A DNA stretch of 64,000 nucleotides from Stellaceae bacterium (GTDB taxonomy: Bacteria; Pseudomonadota; Alphaproteobacteria; ATCC43930; CGMCC-115725), in NCBI GenBank assembly GCA_035309005.1, contig DATGFP010000117.1:5721-69720 (forward strand), read 5' to 3'. Below the pieces are notes generated by a model. The model did no database searches and was not told where the DNA came from. It saw only the letters and a program-made list of their open reading frames with translations. The stretch's first letter is position 1, and every line of letters starts with the position of its first letter. A program made the position numbers and the translations under genes. Below, in pieces: positions 1 to 7,502 of this stretch.

Positions 1-839
1 GCCTGGATTGCGCGCCACACCCCGCGCCGCGCGGCCTCGATGCGCAGCCCTGGCGCCTCGCCTTCCGGCCGCAGGCTGCGCTCGCCAAGCCGCAGACGCG
101 ACAGGTCGAGCGCCCGCAGCGGATCGAGTTGCGCCACCGTGAAGCGGCCGCGAAACGCTTCGCCCGCCAGCCGCATGCCGGCGGTGATCGAGCCGCGCCG
201 CTCCATGATCGCCAGCGTGTCGACCGCGCGATAGGGCCGTGACGGTCGCCCGGCGCTATCGCCGATCGTACGCTCCAGCAACTCGACCGGGCCTTGCCGG
301 CGGCGCTCGGGCGTCGGTGCGGCCGCGACCGGCGGTTGGTCGGCGCTGTCGTTTGGCTTTATCGGTCTGCCGGCCTTAACCGACGCGGCATTCTTTCGAA
401 CAAAACATGAACTTTTTGGACGCGCAGCGGCCCGGGCGGTGCGGTCGAGGCGGCGCAGCAGCGCTTCCGGAGGCTGCTCATTGGACGGTCTGCCGGATTG
501 CCCTGCAGGGCCGGCCCGCTTGCCACCCACCGCTTTCGCCAGCGCCTCGATCTCGCGCAATTGCCGGCGCTCGGCGCTGCTGCCGGCGGCGAGATGGCAG
601 CGCGCGTGATGCGCCGGGCAATAAGGCGAACCCGGTCGGCGCGGCGCGTTGCAAAGGCCGCCCTCCGGCGCGCCGTCGACGATGAAGGCGCAGCCAGCGC
701 GCCCAAGGCCAGGGTCCCCAAGGCCAGGGTCCTCAAGGCCAGGGTCCTCAAGGCCAGGGTCCCCAAGGCCAGAGTTGCTGGGCGCATCATCCTTGAGGTG
801 GTCATCCTCGGGGCCAATTGGCGCAATGCCGCTCAGCAT
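1..839 (-). CDS. hypothetical protein, 3'-truncated by window edge; N-terminal GL(G/E)DP pentapeptide repeats, Cys/His cluster, possible DUF6456-like C-terminal region
   Basis: Absent from the ORF track because it is open at the left edge. Hand translation of the minus strand from the ATG at 839 is stop-free to nt 1. An alternative ATG lies at 875, with an in-frame TAA just upstream. Sequence: MLSGIAPIGPEDDHLKDDAPSNS-GLGDP-GLEDP-GLEDP-GLGDP-GLG-RAGCAFIVDGAPEGGLCNAPRRPGSPYCPAHHARCH...PYRAVDTLAIMERRGSITAGMRLAGEAFRGRFTVAQLDPLRALDL... The composition is balanced, unlike the Arg/Ala-rich alternative frames. Confidence 0.55.
   Translation of the reverse strand, partial: MLSGIAPIGPEDDHLKDDAPSNSGLGDPGLEDPGLEDPGLGDPGLGRAGCAFIVDGAPEGGLCNAPRRPGSPYCPAHHARCHLAAGSSAERRQLREIEALAKAVGGKRAGPAGQSGRPSNEQPPEALLRRLDRTARAAARPKSSCFVRKNAASVKAGRPIKPNDSADQPPVAAAPTPERRRQGPVELLERTIGDSAGRPSRPYRAVDTLAIMERRGSITAGMRLAGEAFRGRFTVAQLDPLRALDLSRLRLGERSLRPEGEAPGLRIEAARRGVWRAIQ
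704..775. repeat. 15-bp tandem repeat, about 4.8 copies (CAAGGCCAGGGTCC[C/T])
   Basis: Read directly: units start at 704, 719, 734, 749 and 764 (the last is partial and degenerate). Only the last base of the unit varies. The repeat is in frame with the minus-strand CDS 1-839, encoding GL(G/E)DP. Confidence 0.9.
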
Positions 840-922
840 GTGTGCAACACCTCTTGTCAAACGCGCATATTGCATATATTATCCCGTTGCGAATGTCAAT
901 GGAACAATTATCATAGGTTAAC
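840..922. promoter_or_regulatory. AT-rich divergent intergenic region, candidate shared promoter/operator for the repressor gene and the divergent ORF
   Basis: This is the only strongly AT-rich stretch in the first 2.5 kb. It contains the direct repeats TGTCAA (855, 893) and GCATAT x2 (865-877). It lies between the divergent starts at 839 and 923. No -35/-10 elements can be assigned with confidence. Confidence 0.3.
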
Positions 923-1603
923 ATGGACGCGATGTGGTTTCAGCAGGCGCTCGAGCGCGCCGGCACCTCGCAGGCCGATCTCGCCCGCCATTTGCGCCTC
1001 GCCCCCTCAGCGATCTCGCGGATGCTGAAGGGCGAGCGCCAGATGAAGCTGTTGGAGGCGGTGCAGGTCGCTGCCTTTCTCGGCGTCTCGCAGGAGGATG
1101 TGCTGCGCCACGCCGGCGCCAGCCTCGACCCGCTGCCGCCAACCGATGCCGGGCCGCCCGGGCCGCCGCGGCGCGGCCGCCCGCCGCGCGCCGGCGCGCT
1201 GACTGCGACGCCCTTGCGCGCCGAGCCGATCCCGATCAGGAGCGCGGGGCGCGGCGGCGGCGACCAGGAGATGTTTCTCGGCGACGGCCCGATCGGCTAC
1301 ACGCAGCGGCCGGCCAATCTGGTGGGCGTGCGCGGCGCCTACGCGATCTACATGGTCGGCGACAGCATGGAGCCGCGCTACGATCAGGGCTGGCTGCTCC
1401 ACGTCAACCCGTTCAAACCGCCGACCCGCGGCCGCGACGTCGTCGTCTACAAGGCCGGCGACGCGGTGCTGATCAAGCAGTTCGTGCGCTGGGAAGGCGA
1501 CGTGCTGGTGCTGCGCCAGCTCAACCCGCCCAGCGAATTGCGTGTCCCTCGCGCCGAGGTGCGGGAGTGTCACCTGATCGTCGGCGTCGACCAGGAGGGG
1601 TAG
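923..1603 (+). CDS. XRE-family HTH / S24 LexA-like peptidase repressor (phage CI-like)
   Basis: The N-terminal HTH is SQADLARHLRLAPSAISRMLKGER. The C-terminal S24 domain carries the Ser nucleophile motif GDSMEPRY and a downstream Lys (VLIKQF). The ATG at 923 was verified. Confidence 0.85.
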   Translation: MDAMWFQQALERAGTSQADLARHLRLAPSAISRMLKGERQMKLLEAVQVAAFLGVSQEDVLRHAGASLDPLPPTDAGPPGPPRRGRPPRAGALTATPLRAEPIPIRSAGRGGGDQEMFLGDGPIGYTQRPANLVGVRGAYAIYMVGDSMEPRYDQGWLLHVNPFKPPTRGRDVVVYKAGDAVLIKQFVRWEGDVLVLRQLNPPSELRVPRAEVRECHLIVGVDQEG

Positions 1604-1692
1604 GGCGGCGCTGAGCTCGCGGAATAGGCTTCATTCCGCGGTTCGGCGCGGCTACCATCGCGGCAACGATTTACCCGCGAGAGGAGCGCCCA

Positions 1693-2568
1693 ATGCCCAC
1701 GAGCTTTGCCGTCCAGGACATGACGATCCACCGCATCGTCGAGCAGGAACACGGCTTCACGCCGCTGCGCGAGTTCCTGCCGACCCTCAGCGACGAGCAG
1801 TTCGAGGAAAACCGTTCGTGGCTCGCGCCCTCCGGCTACGACCCCAAGACCGGCAATGTCGTCTTGTGCTTCCAGTCCTATGTCGTCAAGACGCCGCACC
1901 ACAACATCTTGGTCGATGCCTGCATCGGCAACGACAAGACCTTCCCGCTGCGGCCGACCTGGAACGGCAAGAAGGATAGCAACTGGATGGCGGCGCTGAA
2001 GGCCGCCGGCCTTGGGCCGCAGGACATCGATTTCGTCATGTGCACGCATCTCCACGGCGACCATGTCGGGTGGAACACCAAGCTCGAAAACGGCCGCTGG
2101 GTGCCGACCTTCCCAAAGGCGCGCTATCTCTTCTCGAAGAAGGAATTGGACTACTGGAGCGGTGTTCACCAGAAAACCCCGCTCGACAACATCTCGGAAA
2201 GTGTGCTGCCGGTGATCGAAGCCAACCGGGCCGAACTCGTGACCAGCGACCACGAGCTCAACGACCACATCCGCCTGATGCCGACCCCGGGCCACACGCC
2301 AGACCATTTCGCCGTCTGCGCCGGGCGGGGGCGCGACCAGGCGGTCTTCACCGGCGACCTCATCCACTCGCCGATCCAGGCGCGCTACCCCGAACTCGTC
2401 ATGCGCGTCGATACCGACCGCGACCAGGCGGTCGCGACTCGGCGGCGTTTCTTCGAGCGCTACTGCGACACCGATACGCTGTGCTGCACGATGCACTTCC
2501 CCTCGCCCTCGGTCGGCCACGTCAAGCCCTGGGGCACCGGCTTCCGCCTCGAATATGTAAAGGACTGA
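1693..2568 (+). CDS. MBL-fold metallo-hydrolase (lactonase-like)
   Basis: HxHxDH motif (THLHGDHVGW), later TPGHTPDH and a distal His. GAGGAG lies upstream of the ATG at 1693. Confidence 0.85.
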   Translation: MPTSFAVQDMTIHRIVEQEHGFTPLREFLPTLSDEQFEENRSWLAPSGYDPKTGNVVLCFQSYVVKTPHHNILVDACIGNDKTFPLRPTWNGKKDSNWMAALKAAGLGPQDIDFVMCTHLHGDHVGWNTKLENGRWVPTFPKARYLFSKKELDYWSGVHQKTPLDNISESVLPVIEANRAELVTSDHELNDHIRLMPTPGHTPDHFAVCAGRGRDQAVFTGDLIHSPIQARYPELVMRVDTDRDQAVATRRRFFERYCDTDTLCCTMHFPSPSVGHVKPWGTGFRLEYVKD

Positions 2569-2599
2569 TCCACGACGGATGTGGATCGGGCCGGCGCTT

Positions 2600-2756
2600 C
2601 TAGGGCAACATCAGGATCGGGAGATACCCGCCGTGGGCGTGCAGATCGGTGTAACCCATACCGCGCGCGACTACCCGCACCAGCACCTCGTCGGCCTGCG
2701 GCCTCGCCAGCTCGAGTCTGGGGCTCGAACGGCGCCGAGCGCGGGCGCGCGAACCT
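2600..2756 (-). pseudogene. remnant of the N-terminal ~55 codons of a zinc-type (MDR) alcohol dehydrogenase, frameshifted and truncated
   Basis: The minus-strand hand translation reads ..SAPFEPQT / (frameshift) / LELARPQADEVLVRVVARGMGYTDLHAHGGYLPILMLP*. This matches the classic MDR N-terminus (P.P..gEVLVRV.A.G[VI]CHTDLH...G..P), but the Cys-His is replaced by Gly-Tyr. No start codon and no C-terminal ~280 codons are present. Confidence 0.5.
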
Positions 2757-3509
2757 CTAGCTCAGATCTCTAATCACCGCTTCCACGGCGCCCACACCTA
2801 TGAAAGCGGTTGCCCTATTACATTTTTGGGAGAGACGTTGCGATCGGCCAGGATGAATCAAGTTCCGAAAGTCACGCGAGAGATTAGCTGCAGCCCGCGT
2901 TGACTCCGATATAAGCGCAGTCGCATGCGCGAATTCGATCAACTCGTGCAGCTCCCATTTCTCCAGAGGCCGACCGATAAGATTAACTGACTTACCCAAT
3001 GTTGTCGCGGCCGCCTTCAAGTTAGATTCTGTAGTTTTGTTCTGAAGCGCCCAAAGCAGAAGCGCCTCAACAATCGCGCCAGCCAAAACTGTCGTGGCTT
3101 TCCACTCGCCATTTTGCAATGCTCGGTTAACTTCTCCAAGATCTTGGTGTAAGTCCGCTCGAAGATCGCTGTCAGAAATAAATGCTGGATCTGTCGTATC
3201 TGGCGCCGGCGCCTCGTCCGGGCAAGCGCCCAAAACTTTGTAGAGTGTTCGAAGAGCCTGAATCTCGGTGCCGTTGTATTGCCGGAAAATTGGCGGCTCG
3301 AGGCCGACTTTCAGCTGCTCTTTGGCGGCTACAAGTGCAGCAAAATCGGAGGGTGATAACCGTATTAGCTCGTCAGGTATCAAGTCGATTAGTGCAACCA
3401 AGCCTTTCACATTGCCGGGGTCGCGAACGGGTGGCGAACCGTGAGAACTTCCCTGCCAACCTTGGAGAGTATCCATAAATGAGATTACCGAGCTGGGTGC
3501 CACTCGCAT
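2757..3509 (-). CDS. hypothetical protein with C-terminal HEPN-like domain; low-G+C single-gene island
   Basis: The 250-codon ORF has alternative ATGs at 3509 and 3476, neither with a clear SD. Hand counts of three 60-nt lines give 48-53% G+C, against 67% in a flanking gene line. The C-terminal half shows a HEPN-like helix layout: NGEWKATTVLAGAIVEALLLWAL ... LHELIEFAHATALISESTRAAANLSRDFRNLIHPGR, which has an R-x6-H / RN-x2-H motif. Confidence 0.6.
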   Translation of the reverse strand: MRVAPSSVISFMDTLQGWQGSSHGSPPVRDPGNVKGLVALIDLIPDELIRLSPSDFAALVAAKEQLKVGLEPPIFRQYNGTEIQALRTLYKVLGACPDEAPAPDTTDPAFISDSDLRADLHQDLGEVNRALQNGEWKATTVLAGAIVEALLLWALQNKTTESNLKAAATTLGKSVNLIGRPLEKWELHELIEFAHATALISESTRAAANLSRDFRNLIHPGRSQRLSQKCNRATAFIGVGAVEAVIRDLS

Positions 3510-3545
3510 TGGACGGATCTCAGATGATGTTTGACACCTCTACCA

Positions 3546-3565
3546 CGCTTCGCGGCCGCGAAGCG
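3546..3565. terminator. perfect 20-nt GC-rich palindrome, possible terminator downstream of the LLM monooxygenase gene
   Basis: CGCTTCGCGG/CCGCGAAGCG lies 22 nt past the minus-strand stop at 3588. There is no adjacent U-run. Confidence 0.3.
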
Positions 3566-3587
3566 GGCGCGCCATGCCCCATCCGCC

Positions 3588-4745
3588 CTACTCGGCGGCG
3601 CGCTTCTCCGCTTCGTGCTTGTCGAACATTGCCTTGGCCGCCGCCTGGCGCTTGGCGCTGAACTCGGCGCGGTTGTCGCCGGCCCATTGATAGGAGGCGG
3701 CGCGCGGCGCGTTGGCCCGGCTGAAATGCGGCATCACATAGCGGGCGTAGAGCTCGTAGGAGCGCTTGGTCGCCTCCCAATCGGCCCAGTTGTGCGCCTG
3801 ATGCAGGAAGGCGCCAAACGCGCCCTGCTTTGCTTGCAGCCGCTCGATGAGGGCGATTGCGTCGTCCGGCGTGCCGCACACGCCATAGTGGTTCTCGACG
3901 AACCATTCGAGCGGGTCCTTGCCGGCCGGCACGATGTAGCGCGGCTGGTTGTTGTTGGCGTAGCCGATGTAGCGCTCGAAGCCCCAGCGGGCGTTCTTGA
4001 AGGCCTGCTCGCGGGTCTCGGCGATATGGATCGGGCCGACGAGGCGCAGCTGGTTCGCGTCCATCGTGCGGCCATATTCGGCCGCGACATCGTTGGCGAT
4101 CTGCCAGTTCGCCCCGAGCGCCTCGTAGCCGAACGGGTTGGTCGCGGCGACGCAGATCATGCTCAGATCGTACTTGCCGGCGAGCCGCCCGCCCGACGGC
4201 GTGTTCGAGCTGACGACGGCGACCTCGGGATAGGGCTTCGTATAGGGCAGCAGGTGGAGGCGCGCCCCTTCCATCGTGTACCAGTCGGTCTTCTCGGTGA
4301 CGATCTCGCCCTTGAAGAGGCGCAGGATCGCGTCCAGCGCCTCGGCCATGCGGTCGCGCTGGGTCAAGGGGTCGATGCCCATCATGATCGCGTCGCCCGC
4401 GAGGAGGCCCGGCCCGGCGCCGAACATGACCCGGCCGCGCGTCATGTGGTCCAATTGCACGATGCGGTCGGCGATCATCATGGGGTGGTGATAAGGCAGC
4501 GAGACGACGCCGGTGCCAAGGCGGATGTGGCGGGTGCGCTCGGCGGCGAAGGCGATGAAGATCTCAGGGCTCGAAATGATTTCGTAGCCGGCCGAATGGT
4601 GCTCGCCGATCCACGCTTCGTGAAAGGCGAGCTTGTCGAGCCACACCATCAGATCGAGGTCGCGCTCGAGGCACTGCGTCGGGTCTTCCTCGTTGGGATG
4701 GAACGGCGGCAGGAAAATGCCGTGCCGCAGATTGACCTCGCTCAT
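3588..4745 (-). CDS. LLM-class flavin-dependent monooxygenase
   Basis: MSEVNLRHGIFLPPFHP...HEAWIGEHHSAGYEIISSPEIFIA...RLGTGVVSLPYHHP is typical of luciferase-like monooxygenases. The start was moved to the ATG at 4745; the track ORF extends to 4844. Confidence 0.85.
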   Translation of the reverse strand: MSEVNLRHGIFLPPFHPNEEDPTQCLERDLDLMVWLDKLAFHEAWIGEHHSAGYEIISSPEIFIAFAAERTRHIRLGTGVVSLPYHHPMMIADRIVQLDHMTRGRVMFGAGPGLLAGDAIMMGIDPLTQRDRMAEALDAILRLFKGEIVTEKTDWYTMEGARLHLLPYTKPYPEVAVVSSNTPSGGRLAGKYDLSMICVAATNPFGYEALGANWQIANDVAAEYGRTMDANQLRLVGPIHIAETREQAFKNARWGFERYIGYANNNQPRYIVPAGKDPLEWFVENHYGVCGTPDDAIALIERLQAKQGAFGAFLHQAHNWADWEATKRSYELYARYVMPHFSRANAPRAASYQWAGDNRAEFSAKRQAAAKAMFDKHEAEKRAAE

Positions 4746-4931
4746 CGCCGCCTCTCGTCCTGGTGATTTATCATTCCGGGGAATGACAACCTGCCGCGTA
4801 CCGTAGCGGAGTCGCTCGGCGCCGCAAACATTCGCTTGCCGCATAGCCGCCGCGTCTTCGCAGTTGCGGCATCGCGGCCCCTTTCGTGCTACAGCCTCAC
4901 CGCCGACCCGCCAAAGGAGCCCGTTGCCGCC

Positions 4932-5849
4932 ATGAGCCTATCCGCCGAGGAATACCGCGAGCACCTTGCCGCCACGTCGGTTCGCGCCGGGTTCAGCTTC
5001 GACGACCGGATCGTATTGCCGGAAAGCCACGAGTTTCACCTCGGGCGGATGCGCTTCCATTACCTCGACTGGGGCAACAAGCATCTGCCGTCGATCGTAT
5101 TCCTGCATGGCGGCGCGCTCAATGCGCATACCTGGGATCTATGCTGCCTCGCCTTGCGCGACGATTACCACTGCGTCGCGCTCGACCAGCGCGGCCACGG
5201 CGACACCGACTGGGCGCACGATCTGGACTATTCGATCGGCTCTCAGATTGCCGACACGCTTGGGTTTGTCGATCATCTGGGGCTCGACAAGTTCATCCTG
5301 GTCGGCATGTCGCTGGGTGCGATCAACTCGCTCGCCTTCGCGATCTCCCATCCCGAGCGCCTCACCAATCTTGTGATCATCGATGCTGGCCCCGAGATGC
5401 GCCGGCCGGGTTCGTCGCGCATCCGCGACTTCGTCAACGAGGTGCAGGAAACCGTCACGATCGAGGCGATCATCGAGAAGGCGCTGAAATTCAACCCGCG
5501 CCGCGACCCGAAAATCCTGCGCCGCAGCCTGATGCACGCGCTGCGGCAGCAGCCCGATGGGACCTGGCGCTGGAAATATGACACCCGCCGCTTCCAGCGG
5601 CTCGACCACGAAGCGCACCGCGCCGAGCGCGCCGGCCTCGCCGACGGCCTCCAGCGCATCGCCTGCCCGACGCTGATCGTACGCGGCGGCGAGAGCGACG
5701 TGTTCCACGAAGAAGACGGCATCCGCCTGGCCGAGCGGCTGCCCGACGGCAGGTTCGTCACGGTGCCGCGCGCCGGCCACACGGTACAGGGCGACAATCC
5801 GAAGGATCTCGTCGCCGAATTGCGCCGCTTTCTCGCCGGCGACAATTAG
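4932..5849 (+). CDS. alpha/beta hydrolase
   Basis: HGGALNAHTWD oxyanion region, nucleophile elbow GMSLGA, distal GH near the C-terminus. ATG at 4932. Confidence 0.85.
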   Translation: MSLSAEEYREHLAATSVRAGFSFDDRIVLPESHEFHLGRMRFHYLDWGNKHLPSIVFLHGGALNAHTWDLCCLALRDDYHCVALDQRGHGDTDWAHDLDYSIGSQIADTLGFVDHLGLDKFILVGMSLGAINSLAFAISHPERLTNLVIIDAGPEMRRPGSSRIRDFVNEVQETVTIEAIIEKALKFNPRRDPKILRRSLMHALRQQPDGTWRWKYDTRRFQRLDHEAHRAERAGLADGLQRIACPTLIVRGGESDVFHEEDGIRLAERLPDGRFVTVPRAGHTVQGDNPKDLVAELRRFLAGDN

Positions 5850-5875
5850 CTTCGAGGCTAGCCCCGAGGGCCCGA

Positions 5876-6277
5876 TTAACGCTCGCCGCTTGCGGGCTTT
5901 GGCATCGCACGGCAATCGGCCACCTCGATCTTCTCGCCGCTTTCGTCGGGGGTGCTGTGGCTGCTCAGAATGGTGCAGCCGTCGCCGTGTTGATGAAATC
6001 CGGTGACGTGAAAAGTGTAGTCCTTCGGGTTGCTGCCATAGGTGATCTCGATCTTGTCACCGACCGCGACCTGCGCCGGCACCGCGATCCTGTGGTAGGT
6101 GTCGCAGGCTTCGTGGACGAGCCAATCTCGGCACATCGTCAGCGTGCCCGACCCCGGCGTTGTCACCGCCTCGATCGGGCCCGCGGCGGTCGCCGCGGCG
6201 GTCAGCAGCACCAGCGCGACCGCTAGATGAGGCGGCAAGCGCCTGACGGCGCGCCCCTTCGACGAGTGCGGCTTCAC
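5876..6277 (-). CDS. small secreted hypothetical protein (4 Cys)
   Basis: Signal-peptide-like N-terminus (RRLPPHLAVALVLLTAAATAAG). The GTG start overlaps the stop of the upstream NHL gene (GTGA). Confidence 0.5.
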   Translation of the reverse strand: MKPHSSKGRAVRRLPPHLAVALVLLTAAATAAGPIEAVTTPGSGTLTMCRDWLVHEACDTYHRIAVPAQVAVGDKIEITYGSNPKDYTFHVTGFHQHGDGCTILSSHSTPDESGEKIEVADCRAMPKPASGER

Positions 6278-7311
6278 CCTGGGCGCACCATTTTGCGGAT
6301 GCGGTGGTTGTTGGTGTCGCCGATATAAATCGCGCCGTCGGGCCCGACGACGGCGCCGTGCGGCCGGTCGAGCCCGGCCGCAGTCGCCGGCCCGCCGTCG
6401 CCGTCACCGCCCTGATGGCCGCCGGCGAGCAGCGTGACGATGCCGCTGCGCTGGTCGATGTGGCGGATCGCGTGGTTTTCGGTGTCGACGATCAACAGGC
6501 TGCCGTCTCGGTCGATCGCCATCTCCTTCGGCGCGTCGAATACCGCCTCCTTTGCTGGCCCACCGTCGCCCGAATAGCCGCGCGCACCGGTGCCGGCGAC
6601 CGTCGTGATAATGCCGGTTCTGGGATCGACCGCGCGCAGGCTGCTGCCTTGGCGCTCGAGGATGTAGACCGTGCCGTCGCGGCCAAGCTTGACCGCGCGC
6701 GCGCCAAAGGTCCCGGCAGCCGCCGCCGGACCGCCGTCGCCGCTGTGCTCGGCCTCGCCGGTACCGGCGAAGGTCGCGATCTTCCCGGTCGCGAGGTCGA
6801 CGACGCGGACGCGGTTGTCGGCGACATCGGTGATGTAGAGGTGGCGCTCGCCGGCGTCGAAAGCGAGGCCGTTGGGCTCGGCGAGCCCGGCCGCCGCCGC
6901 CGGCCCGCCGTCGCCGCTATAGGCTGCTTCGCCCGTGCCGGCCAATGTTGTGATGATGCCGGACCGGGCGTCGATGCGGCGCACCCGCCGGTTTAGCCGG
7001 TCGGCGATGTAGATATTGCCGGCGCGGTCGACGACGACCCCGTAGGGTTCGGCGAGCGCCGCTGCGGTCGCCGGTCCGCCGTCGCCAGCGTACCCCTTGT
7101 CGCCGTTGCCGGCGAGCGTGGCGATGACGCCGGTAGCCGCGTCGACCCACCGGATGCGGTTGTTGAAGGTGTCCGAGAAATAGAGGTTGCCGGCCGCGTC
7201 GAAGGCGATGTCGAAGGGGCCGTTCAACAGCGCCCGCGTCGCCGGTCCACCGTCGCCGGCAAACCCCTTCTCGCCGGTGCCGACTGCCGTCGTGATGATG
7301 AATTCAGCCAT
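6274..7311 (-). CDS. NHL-repeat six-bladed beta-propeller protein
   Basis: Six ~57-aa repeats, each with GDGGPA...A.L..P.G...D..GN.YI.D..N.RIR. No signal peptide is visible. Confidence 0.8.
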   Translation of the reverse strand: MAEFIITTAVGTGEKGFAGDGGPATRALLNGPFDIAFDAAGNLYFSDTFNNRIRWVDAATGVIATLAGNGDKGYAGDGGPATAAALAEPYGVVVDRAGNIYIADRLNRRVRRIDARSGIITTLAGTGEAAYSGDGGPAAAAGLAEPNGLAFDAGERHLYITDVADNRVRVVDLATGKIATFAGTGEAEHSGDGGPAAAAGTFGARAVKLGRDGTVYILERQGSSLRAVDPRTGIITTVAGTGARGYSGDGGPAKEAVFDAPKEMAIDRDGSLLIVDTENHAIRHIDQRSGIVTLLAGGHQGGDGDGGPATAAGLDRPHGAVVGPDGAIYIGDTNNHRIRKMVRPG

Positions 7312-7502
7312 GCGCGCGCGCTCCTCGCCGTTGGCCCAAACATTAAGCCTGCGCGCCCAGGGTGTGAAGAATGCACGAACGGCTGGGATGCGCCTCGCGT
7401 CGTCGGGGCGACGGAGCCGGGCGTTGTCGCGTCGCTTGCGCCCGCCCGGCCGGTTGGGCCAAATGGGGCCTAAGCTGTATGGTTCAAGCGAAGGATCGGG
7501 AG

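Noticed and set aside
704-775. Short regular repeats as a possible CRISPR array
   Set aside because: The units are contiguous 15-mers with no spacers, and there are no cas genes in the window.
359-826. Track ORF (minus strand, 155 aa) with a striking LALRT/LALGT pentapeptide repeat
   Set aside because: It is the same 15-bp DNA repeat read in another frame. The product is Arg/Ala-rich nonsense and stops at 359. The alternative minus frame is open from 839 to the window edge and has a protein-like composition and motifs.
1570-2520. 316-aa minus-strand ORF antisense to the MBL hydrolase gene
   Set aside because: This is a mirror ORF typical of high-G+C DNA. It is Arg/Ala/Gly-rich with no motifs, while the plus-strand product has a complete HxHxDH metallo-hydrolase signature.
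923-3520. Possible prophage or integrative element, suggested by the CI-like repressor and the low-G+C gene
   Set aside because: I see no integrase, excisionase, replication, structural or lysis genes. No tRNA or att-like direct repeats flank the region. An ordinary high-G+C MBL hydrolase gene lies between the two features. I treat them as separate remnants.
3531-4766. 411-aa plus-strand ORF antisense to the LLM monooxygenase gene
   Set aside because: Same reasoning. It is a low-complexity Arg/Ala/Gly-rich product, and the opposite strand encodes a recognisable LLM enzyme.
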